DNA of 32,000 bases from Vibrio vulnificus CMCP6 (GTDB taxonomy: Bacteria; Pseudomonadota; Gammaproteobacteria; Enterobacterales; Vibrionaceae), in contig NC_004459.3 in NCBI RefSeq assembly GCF_000039765.1, positions 1,080,001 through 1,112,000 of the forward strand, in the 5' to 3' direction. Shown one piece after another: positions 1-9,775 of this stretch. The position numbers and the translations under genes are program-made. Under the pieces are notes generated by a model. It was not told where the DNA came from. It ran no database searches and was given only the letters and a program-made list of their open reading frames with translations. Every line of letters starts with the position of its first letter. The stretch's first letter is position 1.

Positions 1-190
1 TTTTGCCTTGAAATTAACCGATTGCTGGCTGTTAAACTTTAATTGTTGCTTTTTTGTGTGTTTTTTGCCAAATTGTGTTCCGACCTGATTTTTAGAGTAA
101 TATTCTGCAATCAGAAGGGATTCATTGGTTTGTTGAATGATCATCGTGTTTGATTATTCAGCACCACAGACAAGGCAGTAGAGGTCTGAA

Positions 191-1906
191 ATGTCACTAT
201 TAGAAGTGAAAAATCTTCGTATCGAGTATCCATCGCGGCATGGTATTCATGCGGCGGTGAAATCGTTGTCGTTTAATATTGAACGAGGCGAAATTGTTGG
301 CGTCGTCGGTGAGTCGGGTGCGGGCAAGTCAACCGTAGGTAATGCGGTGAGCGATTTGTTGAGCCCTCCTGGTCGTATTGCCAGCGGTGATGTGTTCCTT
401 GATGGCGAAAAAATTTCAGGCCTTTCTCCAGAAGCAATGCGCAAAGTGCGTGGCTCTAAAATTGGTTTTATCTTCCAAGATCCCATGACCTCGCTCAATC
501 CTCTCTTTACTGTTGAACAGCAGTTAAAAGAAACCATTCACGCCAATATGAATGTCTCTGACGAAGAGGCTTACACGCGCGCATTGTCATTAATGAAGCA
601 GGTGGGCATCCCTCAACCTGAAAACCGCTTAAAGCAGTATCCTCACCAGTTTTCTGGCGGTATGCGTCAGCGTGTAGTCATTGCGATTGCCCTAGCGGGC
701 GAGCCGGATTTGATCATTGCCGATGAACCCACCACGGCACTCGATGTGTCGATTCAAGACCAAATCCTCAACCTGATCCGTGAGTTATGTATTAAGCATA
801 ACGTGGGTTGCATGTTGGTCACGCACGACATGGGCGTGGTATCGAACGTGACTGACCGTGTTGCTGTTATGTACCGAGGTGACTTGGTTGAATTTGGTCC
901 AACGGCCAAAGTGTTGGGCAACCCAGATCATCCTTATACGCGCAGCTTGATTTCAGCGGTACCACGTTCGGATAGGAAGCTTGATCGCTTCCCTCTGGTC
1001 AGCTACATCGAAGAAGCGAGTGAATTGCAGCCTCTTGATATTAAAAATCACTGGCTGGGTCAGAGTGAAGATCAGAGAAAATACACCGGACCACTGCTTA
1101 ATGTGGAAAATGTTAACTTGCGTTTCGTCACTAAGGACTCGCTGTTTGAGAGCCGTCGTGAGTATGTGCAGGCATCAAATAACGTTAGCTTCCAAGTGCA
1201 TGAAGGGGAAACCTTTGGCTTGGTGGGGGAATCGGGTTCGGGTAAATCCACTATTGCACGAGTCATTGCCGGGCTGTATGCGCCTAACTCAGGTAAGGTG
1301 ACGTTTGAAGGTATTGACCTTACCGCATTGACCTCAGAAAAAGCGCGCCGTCCTTTGCGTCGCCAAATGCAGATGGTCTTCCAAAATCCATACACTTCGA
1401 TGAACCCGCGCATGAAGATTTTCGATATCATCGCGGAGCCCATTCGTTTCCATAAGTTGACCAACAGTGAAGCGGAAACGCGCCAAATCGTGAACGATCT
1501 CTTGGAGCACGTTGGCTTAGGGCGAATGGCTGGGGTGAAATATCCACATGAATTTTCGGGTGGCCAGCGTCAGCGTATTTCGATTGCGCGCGCATTGGCG
1601 ACTCGTCCACGTCTTTTAATTTGTGATGAGCCCACCTCGGCACTGGATGTCTCGGTTCAAGCACAGATTCTGAATTTGCTCAAAGATCTACAAAGCGAAC
1701 TGAACTTAACCATGCTGTTTATCAGTCATGACCTTCCGGTTATCCGCCAAATGTGTGACCGAGTCGGTGTGATGCAGATGGGGACTCTGCTCGAAGTCGC
1801 ACCGACTGAGCAACTGTTCCGCTCTCCACAGCATGAGTACAGTAAGCACCTGATTTCCTTGATGCCAGAGTTCACTGGTTTGAGGGAAGAGGTGAAAACG
1901 GCATAA
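191..1906 (+). CDS. Oligopeptide/dipeptide-type ABC transporter, fused tandem ATP-binding protein (DppD-DppF / GsiA-like)
   Basis: 571 aa ORF with two complete ABC cassettes: Walker A GESGAGKST and GESGSGKST, signatures FSGGMRQR and FSGGQRQR, Walker B LIIADEPT and LLICDEPT. Confidence 0.95.
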   Translation: MSLLEVKNLRIEYPSRHGIHAAVKSLSFNIERGEIVGVVGESGAGKSTVGNAVSDLLSPPGRIASGDVFLDGEKISGLSPEAMRKVRGSKIGFIFQDPMTSLNPLFTVEQQLKETIHANMNVSDEEAYTRALSLMKQVGIPQPENRLKQYPHQFSGGMRQRVVIAIALAGEPDLIIADEPTTALDVSIQDQILNLIRELCIKHNVGCMLVTHDMGVVSNVTDRVAVMYRGDLVEFGPTAKVLGNPDHPYTRSLISAVPRSDRKLDRFPLVSYIEEASELQPLDIKNHWLGQSEDQRKYTGPLLNVENVNLRFVTKDSLFESRREYVQASNNVSFQVHEGETFGLVGESGSGKSTIARVIAGLYAPNSGKVTFEGIDLTALTSEKARRPLRRQMQMVFQNPYTSMNPRMKIFDIIAEPIRFHKLTNSEAETRQIVNDLLEHVGLGRMAGVKYPHEFSGGQRQRISIARALATRPRLLICDEPTSALDVSVQAQILNLLKDLQSELNLTMLFISHDLPVIRQMCDRVGVMQMGTLLEVAPTEQLFRSPQHEYSKHLISLMPEFTGLREEVKTA

Positions 1907-1981
1907 CCAAGCTTGCTTGGCACAATAACAGACGCAAATACAACAACTAGGGATTCGGATTCCCGCATAAGGAGTTATGCA

Positions 1982-3538
1982 ATGAAAACCATGAAAAGCA
2001 AACTGACCGTGGCTTTAATGGCTGCAGGCCTAAGCCTGAGTGCTGCTGCGGCAGACATCAAAGTTGCTTATGATGCAGATCCAGTGTCACTTGACCCGCA
2101 CGAGCAGTTGTCTGGTGGTACGCTACAAATGTCGCACATGGTGTTTGATCCACTAGTTCGTTATACCCAGAAATTGGATTTTGAACCTCGCTTGGCTGAA
2201 AAATGGGAACGTGTCAACGACACCACCTACCGCTTCCAGCTGCGTAAAGGGGTGAAGTTCCATTCCGGTAACGAACTGACGGCAGATGATGTCGTGTGGA
2301 CATTCGATCGTCTGAAAGATTCTCCAGACTTTAAAGCGATCTTTGAACCGTATGAAAAAATGGTCAAAGTGGACGATTACACCGTTGAGTTGGTGTCCAA
2401 AGGGGCTTACCCATTGGTACTGCAAACCGCCACTTACATCTTCCCAATGGACAGCAAGTTCTACTCTGGCACGACAGCCGATGGCAAAGACAAAGCGGAA
2501 GTGGTGAAGCACGGTAACTCATTTGCTTCGACCAATGTATCTGGTACTGGCCCGTTCATCGTCACTTCTCGTGAGCAAGGCGTGAAAGTAGAGTTTGAGC
2601 GCTTTAAAGATTACTGGGACAAAGAGTCAAAAGGTAACGTAGATAAGCTGACGCTTGTGCCAATCAAAGAAGACGCGACTCGTGTGGCTGCGCTCCTTTC
2701 TGGTGGTGTTGACATGATTGCGCCAGTGGCGCCTAACGATCACCAACGTGTGAAAGATGCGAAGGGCATCGAGCTTGTGACGCTGCCTGGTACGCGTATC
2801 ATCACTTTCCAAATGAACCAAAACAGCAACGAAGCGCTGAAAGATGTGCGCGTGCGTCAAGCGATCGTTCATGCCATCAACAATCAAGGTATCGTTGATA
2901 AGATCATGAAAGGTTTCGCGACAGCGGCTGGCCAGCAGGGCCCTGAAGGCTACGCGGGCTACAACGCGGAGCTGGTTCCTCGTTTCGATCTGAAAAAAGC
3001 GAAGCAGTTGATGAAAGAAGCGGGTTATGAGAAAGGCTTTACGCTGACGATGATCGCGCCGAACAACCGTTACGTTAACGATGCGAAAGTGGCTCAAGCG
3101 GCGTCTGCCATGCTATCGAAAATCGGTATCAAGGTAGACCTAAAGACCATGCCTAAAGCGCAATACTGGCCTGAGTTTGATAAGTGTGCAGCAGACATGT
3201 TGATGATCGGCTGGCACTCAGACACAGAAGATTCGGCGAACTTCTCTGAGTTCCTCACCATGACGCGTAACGAAGAAACGGGCCGTGGTCAGTACAACTG
3301 TGGTCACTACTCAAACCCAGAAGTGGACAAGTTGGTGGAAGCGGCGAACGTAGAAACCGATCCTGCTAAACGTGCAGCGATGCTACAGAAAGTCGAAACC
3401 ACGCTGTACAACGAAGCAGCATTCGTTCCTCTACACTGGCAAAACCTAGCGTGGGGCGCGAAATCTACGCTGGATATCAAACCAATCGTCAACGCGATGG
3501 ACTTCCCATACTTTGGTGACTTGGTAGTTAAAGAGTAA
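1982..3538 (+). CDS. ABC transporter substrate-binding protein, family 5 (peptide/nickel type)
   Basis: Signal peptide MKTMKSKLTVALMAAGLSLSAAAADIK, then the SBP_bac_5-like sequence YDADPVSLDPHE...FDPLVRYTQ. AAGGAG RBS just upstream of ATG 1982; the ORF track start at 1913 is probably too far upstream. Confidence 0.93.
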   Translation: MKTMKSKLTVALMAAGLSLSAAAADIKVAYDADPVSLDPHEQLSGGTLQMSHMVFDPLVRYTQKLDFEPRLAEKWERVNDTTYRFQLRKGVKFHSGNELTADDVVWTFDRLKDSPDFKAIFEPYEKMVKVDDYTVELVSKGAYPLVLQTATYIFPMDSKFYSGTTADGKDKAEVVKHGNSFASTNVSGTGPFIVTSREQGVKVEFERFKDYWDKESKGNVDKLTLVPIKEDATRVAALLSGGVDMIAPVAPNDHQRVKDAKGIELVTLPGTRIITFQMNQNSNEALKDVRVRQAIVHAINNQGIVDKIMKGFATAAGQQGPEGYAGYNAELVPRFDLKKAKQLMKEAGYEKGFTLTMIAPNNRYVNDAKVAQAASAMLSKIGIKVDLKTMPKAQYWPEFDKCAADMLMIGWHSDTEDSANFSEFLTMTRNEETGRGQYNCGHYSNPEVDKLVEAANVETDPAKRAAMLQKVETTLYNEAAFVPLHWQNLAWGAKSTLDIKPIVNAMDFPYFGDLVVKE

Positions 3539-3550
3539 CACTCGCTTTCT

Positions 3551-3618
3551 CCCACTCAAGCGTTGGGTGGGATGAGTGATTTTAGGCGCTCAACTTTGTT
3601 TCAGTCGGGTTGAGCGCC
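3551..3618 (+). promoter_or_regulatory. Two tandem hairpins between the SBP and permease genes (attenuator / mRNA-stability element)
   Basis: CCCACTCAA(3551-3559)-GCG-TTGGGTGGG(3563-3571), 9 bp with one G.U; GGCGCTCAAC(3585-3594)-14 nt-GTTGAGCGCC(3609-3618), perfect 10 bp stem followed by GTTTTC. Confidence 0.6.
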
Positions 3619-3689
3619 GTTTTCAGACTGAAGTTTATATGGCCGTGATAGCGAACGGGCATAGTCATGGATAGCAAAAGGGGCAAGGA

Positions 3690-4667
3690 ATGTTTTCGTT
3701 TCTGGTCAAGCGCCTGTTTCAGGCACTGATAGTGATGTTTGTGATCAGTTTAGTGGCGTTTGCCATTCAGGATAACCTAGGCGACCCGTTGCGTGAGCTA
3801 GTGGGCCAGTCAGTTTCAGAAGCAGAGCGCCAAGCGCTGCGAGATGAACTTGGTCTAAACGATCCCTTTATCACCAAATACACACGCTTTATCGGCGCTG
3901 CATTGCAGGGCGATTTAGGCACTTCATACTTTTTTAAACGTCCTGCGGTGGATGTGATTCTTGATAAACTCGTTGCCACTCTAGAGTTGGTGTTTGGCGC
4001 GACCGTATTAATCATCGTCTTTTCGATCCCGCTTGGGGTTTATTCCGCGATTCATCCGAAGAGTTTCTTTACCAAAGTGGTCATGGCAGGCAGTAGTATC
4101 GGTATTTCGATCCCCGTTTTCTTAACCGCGATCATGCTGATGTACGTCTTCTCGATTGAGCTGCAATGGCTGCCATCCTATGGGCGAGGGGAAACGTATA
4201 ACCTACTCGGTTGGGAATCGGGCTTTTTTACTATTGATGGCTTAAAGCACTTAGTGCTGCCTTGTATCGCGTTGGCGTCGATCATGCTGCCACTGTTTAT
4301 TCGTCTGGTGCGTTCAGAAATGCTGGAAGTGCTGAGTTCGGAATACATCAAATTTGCCAAGGCGAAAGGTCTCGCGCTGAACAAAATTTATTACCAACAT
4401 GCGCTCAAAAATACCATGCTGCCAGTGTTAACCGTTGGTGGCGTGCAGATTGGTACCATGGTGGCGTACACCATTTTGACTGAAACCGTGTTCCAATGGC
4501 CGGGAACAGGCTTCCTTTTCCTTGAGGCGATCAACCGCGTGGATACCCCACTGATCACCGCTTACGTCATTTTTGTCGGACTGATTTTCGTGGTGACCAA
4601 CACCATCGTTGACCTGCTGTATGGTTTAATCAACCCGACCGTGAACTTAACAGGCAAAGGAGCATAA
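3690..4667 (+). CDS. Peptide ABC transporter permease (DppB-like)
   Basis: 325 aa polytopic protein; N-terminus FLVKRLFQALIVMFVISLVAF; EAA-type loop region SEYIKFAKAKGLALNKIYYQHALKNTMLPVLTV. Confidence 0.93.
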   Translation: MFSFLVKRLFQALIVMFVISLVAFAIQDNLGDPLRELVGQSVSEAERQALRDELGLNDPFITKYTRFIGAALQGDLGTSYFFKRPAVDVILDKLVATLELVFGATVLIIVFSIPLGVYSAIHPKSFFTKVVMAGSSIGISIPVFLTAIMLMYVFSIELQWLPSYGRGETYNLLGWESGFFTIDGLKHLVLPCIALASIMLPLFIRLVRSEMLEVLSSEYIKFAKAKGLALNKIYYQHALKNTMLPVLTVGGVQIGTMVAYTILTETVFQWPGTGFLFLEAINRVDTPLITAYVIFVGLIFVVTNTIVDLLYGLINPTVNLTGKGA

Positions 4668-4669
4668 TC

Positions 4670-5608
4670 ATGGAACACGTTAATAAAGCTCCTTCTGTAT
4701 GGGGACGCTTTAAAGAATCGGATTTTCTTTACTATTTTAAACGCGACAAAGTGGCGATGAGCAGCTTCGCAGTGTTCATGCTGTTTTTGCTGTTGGCGAT
4801 TGCCGCGCCGTTAATCGCGCCGAGCAACCCATATGATCTCTCATCGATTGACATTATGGACGCGGAGCTGCCGCCATCTTGGATGGAAGGTGGTGATGAA
4901 AACTTCGTGCTGGGCACCGATGAGCAAGGTCGCGATATTCTTTCCACCATCTTATATGGTTCGCGTCTGTCGCTCACCATTGGCTTCTTGGCGGTGGCGC
5001 TGCAGCTGTTTTTGGGCATCGTGATTGGCCTGTCGGCGGGTTACTTTGGTGGCCGTATTGACAACTTCTTGATGCGTTTTGCGGATGTTCAGCTCTCCTT
5101 CTCGACCATGATGGTGGCGATTATTGTCTCGGCGATTTTTAAAGCCAGTTTCGGCAGTGATTTCTACAGCCAATATGCGGTGGTGATGCTGGTGGTGATC
5201 ATCGGTGTGGCGGAATGGCCACAATACGCACGTACGATTCGCGCCTCGGTATTGGCGGAGAAGAAGAAAGAGTACGTTGAAGCGGCACGTGTGATGGGCT
5301 TTAAAGCACCGCGCATCATGTTCCGTCATATTCTGCCGAACTGTTTATCACCGATTTTGGTTATCTCAACCGTGCAAGTCGCCAACGCGATCATGTCGGA
5401 AGCGGCGCTCTCGTTCTTAGGGCTGGGTTTGCCCGTTGACCAACCGTCATTGGGCGCATTGATCAGCATTGGTTTTAACTACATCTTCTCCGGCGCTTGG
5501 TGGATCACCGCCTTCCCTGGCATTGTGCTGGTGACGCTGGTGTTAGTGATCAACCTATTGGGTGACTGGTTACGTGACGTATTTAACCCAAAAATCTACA
5601 AAGGGTGA
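4670..5608 (+). CDS. Peptide ABC transporter permease (DppC-like)
   Basis: 312 aa polytopic protein; GTDEQGRDILSTILYGSRLSL and EYVEAARVMGFKAPRIMFRHILPNCLSPILV motifs; starts 2 nt after the upstream permease. Confidence 0.93.
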   Translation: MEHVNKAPSVWGRFKESDFLYYFKRDKVAMSSFAVFMLFLLLAIAAPLIAPSNPYDLSSIDIMDAELPPSWMEGGDENFVLGTDEQGRDILSTILYGSRLSLTIGFLAVALQLFLGIVIGLSAGYFGGRIDNFLMRFADVQLSFSTMMVAIIVSAIFKASFGSDFYSQYAVVMLVVIIGVAEWPQYARTIRASVLAEKKKEYVEAARVMGFKAPRIMFRHILPNCLSPILVISTVQVANAIMSEAALSFLGLGLPVDQPSLGALISIGFNYIFSGAWWITAFPGIVLVTLVLVINLLGDWLRDVFNPKIYKG

Positions 5609-5649
5609 TCTGAGCTGATTGATTTATAATCGGAAAACTACCTAAACTA

Positions 5650-5680
5650 AGAGTCGTAAGCCAATTACGGCTCTTTTTTT
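5650..5680 (+). terminator. Rho-independent terminator of the ABC transporter operon
   Basis: AGAGTCGTAA-GCCAA-TTACGGCTCT stem (10 bp, one G.U) followed by TTTTTT. Confidence 0.85.
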
Positions 5681-5794
5681 GCTTGTCATTTTTTATTCAC
5701 CAGGACGCGGCAAATTTTTGGCCTTACAACGTGTTGTAGGCAGCAGTCTGAGCGTCACTGAACAATTCATTGATGAAACGGGTAGAGTGAAGTT

Positions 5795-6739
5795 ATGGAA
5801 CTAAGCAAATCGGCACGCTTGCCGATCTTCAAACCTCAACGATTGTGGCTGATGGCGGCATTGTGCTTTTTGGGTGTTGCTACTCCTGCAGCGGCGGAAG
5901 GCTTTCTATGTGAAGCCACACAGGCAAGCACCAACGAATTACCCATGTTAGATAAAGCCTGCCCGATTGGTGATGGTGTTTGGGGTAAAAAAGCGCCCAA
6001 AAGCGGCAAAGAGGATTTCTTTTGGATTCAATGCGGTATTTTAAATCAGCCAATGCCACTGGCCGACGCCAAACCGCTTTACAAGCAGATCACCACCGAT
6101 GTATGGATGAAACCAGAAAATAAAACCTATCGTTGTTTGATTGGCCCGTATCAATCTTTTTCCCAAGCCAGCAAAGATCTTAAACAGGTCAAAAAACTGG
6201 GCGATTACCGAGAGGCCTTTATTCGATTTGTTAAGCCACATTCTGCGGTAAAACCGGTAACAGCCAGCAAAGAGGCGAAGGCGATAACCAAGCCTACCGC
6301 CCAAAAAGCACAACCGAAAGCACCGGCTGCGGCCAAAAAGCCAATGGCAGCCCCTGCGCAGGCGACCTTGGCCACAACGCCAGCTAAGCGTAGTAACGAT
6401 GACTCTTCATCCATCGACATTCGTAAAAGTGCCGAGTTAAAAGGTCGTACTTATGCAGTGCCTTATTTGATGGATGATGAGCACCAGTTTTATATGGAAC
6501 ACAACCAAGCATGGAATCGCTTGGATTACAGCAGTGCGGAAGTGGTGTGCAGTGATCTGCACATGCGTTTGTTAACCGAAGAGGAATTTTTTACCCTGCT
6601 GGACTCCAAAGTGATGGAAAACCAGCAGTGGCCAATGCAGTTGCCTTATTGGGGAAGAGGAAAAAAAGGCTTCTTTACCGATGGCCGTGTGACGCAGGTA
6701 AAAGGCTCTTCATTGCTCAATGTGCTGTGTGTGAAGTAG
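5795..6739 (+). CDS. Secreted SPOR-like domain protein with a C-terminal lectin/FGE-like segment
   Basis: Signal-like N-terminus ending ATPAAAEG; FFWIQCG...YKQITTDVWMKPENKTYRCLIGPYQSFSQASKDLKQVK resembles SPOR; Ala/Lys/Pro linker; C-terminal EVVCSDLHMRLLTEEEFFTLL...VLCVK. Confidence 0.7.
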   Translation: MELSKSARLPIFKPQRLWLMAALCFLGVATPAAAEGFLCEATQASTNELPMLDKACPIGDGVWGKKAPKSGKEDFFWIQCGILNQPMPLADAKPLYKQITTDVWMKPENKTYRCLIGPYQSFSQASKDLKQVKKLGDYREAFIRFVKPHSAVKPVTASKEAKAITKPTAQKAQPKAPAAAKKPMAAPAQATLATTPAKRSNDDSSSIDIRKSAELKGRTYAVPYLMDDEHQFYMEHNQAWNRLDYSSAEVVCSDLHMRLLTEEEFFTLLDSKVMENQQWPMQLPYWGRGKKGFFTDGRVTQVKGSSLLNVLCVK

Positions 6740-6760
6740 TTGGATGAAATCAAAAACAAA

Positions 6761-6783
6761 TAAGCCCCGCGATGCGGGGCTTA
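6761..6783. terminator. Bidirectional terminator between convergent genes
   Basis: Perfect TAAGCCCCGC-GAT-GCGGGGCTTA hairpin; an A-rich stretch on the left gives a U-rich tail for the minus-strand transcript. Confidence 0.75.
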
Positions 6784-6796
6784 CATTATGATGTCT

Positions 6797-9523
6797 CTAA
6801 TTCGTCATTAAAGGCATTGCTTTAACCAGTTTATCCATGGCTTCTTGGTTGTGGCTGAAGAGCGAGTATTGAGCTGGAGATTCATAACCATTGACTTCTT
6901 TACTCCATGTAATGCCGATGTAAAAGTCACCAAAGTCACGATGGACATATCGAACACGCGTCTTCTGATCTTCACGTTCTTCTTCTAGCTCTGCTCTTTC
7001 CAAGCCGGCCATGTCTTTAACGCTTTGCCATGTTCCTGGCGTGTTAAAGCCTTCTGGCAGAATCGAGTTGTCTTGATATTGGTTATTGGCTTGGTACTCT
7101 CGTTTGCCGTACGAGTAACTCAGTTTCGGGCCATCCAGTTCAGGGTGATGCTGACCATCGCCTTCCACCGACATGTAGTACTCGACTTTGCCTTCAGCGA
7201 TTTGTGTGTTCACTGCTAGGGTTTGGTCAAGTGGTGTTGATGCCGAATCGAGCCAGAACAGCTCCTGATTGTTGATTTTCACAATAATTTGATAGTGACC
7301 ATTGTTGCTGTTTTGGTACAGCATTTCGTAGTTCCAGTTAGTGTCAACTCCCTCATCACTGTGATGCGCTGTCAATGTGCCGTCATTATTGAGTGTTACT
7401 GGCCAGCAATCTTTATTGGTGCTTTCCAAATATCCAGAGACCTTGTTAAGCGCGCTAAGTGTGTTGATAGGATCTGGCGCACCGTTGGAATCACTGATGT
7501 TAGATTTGAAGACTTGATAACCTTCTCTTTCTTGATCGCCCCAGCACCATTCAAATGTACCGTTGGTATTGAGTAGTGAGGCGTAACCAATTTCTCCATC
7601 ACGATCGGCAAAGCTGCCCATAACCCATTGCTGATTGTTAAAGTGTTGCTTGGTAAATCCTAAAGAAACTGGAGGAGGAGTGTCAGCTGCTTTGACTTCA
7701 GGAAGTGCAATGCGCGTCATTTCTGAAATAACACCATCTTCCGCATCTGGGTAGATCCCAGCAGCAATATAAAACTCACCGTTGGTGCTTGCTTCTAGAG
7801 GCGTACCCGAGATGGTTAGAACACCCATGTTGTCAACTGCGACCTTAATACCCGCAACACTGGTATTGTGATCTTGATTTTCCCCTTTCATACCAGCGAA
7901 GTACTCAACAGGACCATGAGCGTTAACGGCTTTAAAAATATCATCCAGTGTGATGCTGATCTGCACGCTTGGCAGCGGTTCATTCACTTTTAGGTCAACA
8001 AGCTGTGATGTGATTTCGCTTTGTAGGTTTGCTAAGGCGTTTGTGTTCACTTCAAAACTTGCGATAGGTTTCGCATCCACCTGCTTTAACACAAAGCTCT
8101 TTGAAGTACGTTCAATACCATCGAATGCGCTAATGGTGATGGTTTCACCGGCGGGGTAAGTATTCGTTGGCGTTCCCGCAATTTTCAGTTCTTTAGTGCC
8201 GCCTACAGCGATGACCGACAGTTCTAGTTCCTTGATGGTTGAACTTGCATCAATGATAAGTTCATCACCATCCGCATCGGCGAACAGGTTGTCGATACGG
8301 TATTGTTCATTCGTCACCGCCACGCCTTGAGTCAGTTCGATACTACCAATCCAAGCTTGCAGGTCTTCGGCGATTTTAGGGACGATAGTTGGCGCGCTGT
8401 TTGGTGTTTCAACTGTCAGCGTAAAGAGGGTAGATACCTTACCGACAACTGCCGCTTCTGCATCGATATCTGTACCAGTGATTTGCAAAATATAGGATTG
8501 GCGGACAGGGGTGAGTTCACCTTTGATGGTCAGTGAGCCACCATTGTTAGCCGTGATGATTAGACCACTAACGGCTTGGTTGTCGATCGGGTCGATCACT
8601 TGCACGTCTAGTGCAATGTTGTTGTTGTCACTATCAGAGAACAATGCATCTTGGCCAACTGCCAGATCTAAAGTGAGATCCAAGCTATGTGACGTGCTTG
8701 GTGTGTTCAACTGCGCTCTGATGTTGTCGGCAACACTCTTATTCACTATTAGCTTGTTGTTGACGGTGACTTGCACATCCCCTGACGGAGTAACTTCAAC
8801 GGTTGGCTTAAAGTTTGGCTGGTCTAACTTATCTTGGTTTTCAGGTGCAGTAACAATTTTATTTGCTTCTTGAGCAATTTTTAGTGCGTTTTCAGCTGTG
8901 TAGTTAACGCCTGCATTGACTTTGGACTCTGTGAGAATCTGAGCAGTCTTATGCAATGCATGGTTTTTCGCGGCGATAACATCGGTAAACGCGATATTTC
9001 CTGTGATGCCAAGCGTCTCGTTAACTTCTGTTTTGGCTTCTTCAATTTTTTCTTTTGTTGGGTTTGCGCCTGCTTGAACGACAACAAGGTCTGTGAGAGG
9101 AGAAATGACTTTTTCACCCGGCAGGGTACGAAGAACCACTTCATGCGCCATCGCTTGAGTTGGATGATCCATATCGATGGTGTATTTGCCCGCATAAGTG
9201 TCGGCGTCATACTGGGTTAGAGCAGTTTGAACGGTGCCGCCCGGAGTGAGCGTTTGCAGTGCCAGCACACCTTGTGTTCCTGCAGGGATTGTTCGACGGC
9301 CTTCTTTATCCGTTAGACCGAAAATCGTATCGCTGCCGATATCGAGCTTGCCGTTGTTGTCTTTATCAAGAAACACTACTGCTTGATTAAAGTAACCGTC
9401 AAAGCCTGTCACGATAATGCCGCCAGGTGCGACGTTGCCATTAGAACCTGAACCACTGTCTGAACCGCCACAACCGGTGAGGGCGATCGCCACTGACGCT
9501 GCTAGTAAACTAACCTTTTTCAT
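6797..9523 (-). CDS. Large lipoprotein with N-terminal EF-hand-like region and cadherin/dystroglycan-like (CADG) repeats
   Basis: Lipobox MKKVSLLAASVAIALTGCGGSDSGSG; FDGYFNQAVVFLDKDNNGKLDIG; repeats around ALFSDSDNNNIAL, NLFADADGDELII...LKIAGTPT and DIFKAVN...LTISGTPL. Confidence 0.8.
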   Translation of the reverse strand: MKKVSLLAASVAIALTGCGGSDSGSGSNGNVAPGGIIVTGFDGYFNQAVVFLDKDNNGKLDIGSDTIFGLTDKEGRRTIPAGTQGVLALQTLTPGGTVQTALTQYDADTYAGKYTIDMDHPTQAMAHEVVLRTLPGEKVISPLTDLVVVQAGANPTKEKIEEAKTEVNETLGITGNIAFTDVIAAKNHALHKTAQILTESKVNAGVNYTAENALKIAQEANKIVTAPENQDKLDQPNFKPTVEVTPSGDVQVTVNNKLIVNKSVADNIRAQLNTPSTSHSLDLTLDLAVGQDALFSDSDNNNIALDVQVIDPIDNQAVSGLIITANNGGSLTIKGELTPVRQSYILQITGTDIDAEAAVVGKVSTLFTLTVETPNSAPTIVPKIAEDLQAWIGSIELTQGVAVTNEQYRIDNLFADADGDELIIDASSTIKELELSVIAVGGTKELKIAGTPTNTYPAGETITISAFDGIERTSKSFVLKQVDAKPIASFEVNTNALANLQSEITSQLVDLKVNEPLPSVQISITLDDIFKAVNAHGPVEYFAGMKGENQDHNTSVAGIKVAVDNMGVLTISGTPLEASTNGEFYIAAGIYPDAEDGVISEMTRIALPEVKAADTPPPVSLGFTKQHFNNQQWVMGSFADRDGEIGYASLLNTNGTFEWCWGDQEREGYQVFKSNISDSNGAPDPINTLSALNKVSGYLESTNKDCWPVTLNNDGTLTAHHSDEGVDTNWNYEMLYQNSNNGHYQIIVKINNQELFWLDSASTPLDQTLAVNTQIAEGKVEYYMSVEGDGQHHPELDGPKLSYSYGKREYQANNQYQDNSILPEGFNTPGTWQSVKDMAGLERAELEEEREDQKTRVRYVHRDFGDFYIGITWSKEVNGYESPAQYSLFSHNQEAMDKLVKAMPLMTN

Positions 9524-9775
9524 CTAAGAGTCCTTTGCTTCTTTATTCTGACTAAATTGAATAACGCACATCGTTAGAGTCTTCTTTCATCTTTTTATAA
9601 ATCATGCGAAAGAAGGGAGAATTTCGGGGCTTTTTTATCCGGTTAGAGCGGGAGTTTCAAGGCACGAAAAACAGCGAAAAAACCGTAAAATTTATTTTAA
9701 TTTTTTTATCAGTAGCGGGGTTGGCAAATGGATCGTGCGGGTTAACATCTGGGCCCAAAATTTAAGGAGAAACAG

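Noticed and set aside
1908-1921. CCAAGC-TT-GCTTGG small hairpin right after the ATPase stop
   Set aside because: Only a 6 bp stem with a 2 nt loop and no U-tract; not enough for a terminator call.
9524-9775. Possible sigma-factor-dependent promoter between the 908 aa lipoprotein and the beta-barrel gene
   Set aside because: I looked for a shared ECF-type -35/-10 element but found no convincing GGAAC-like motif or match between the two sides; left as an experiment rather than a feature.
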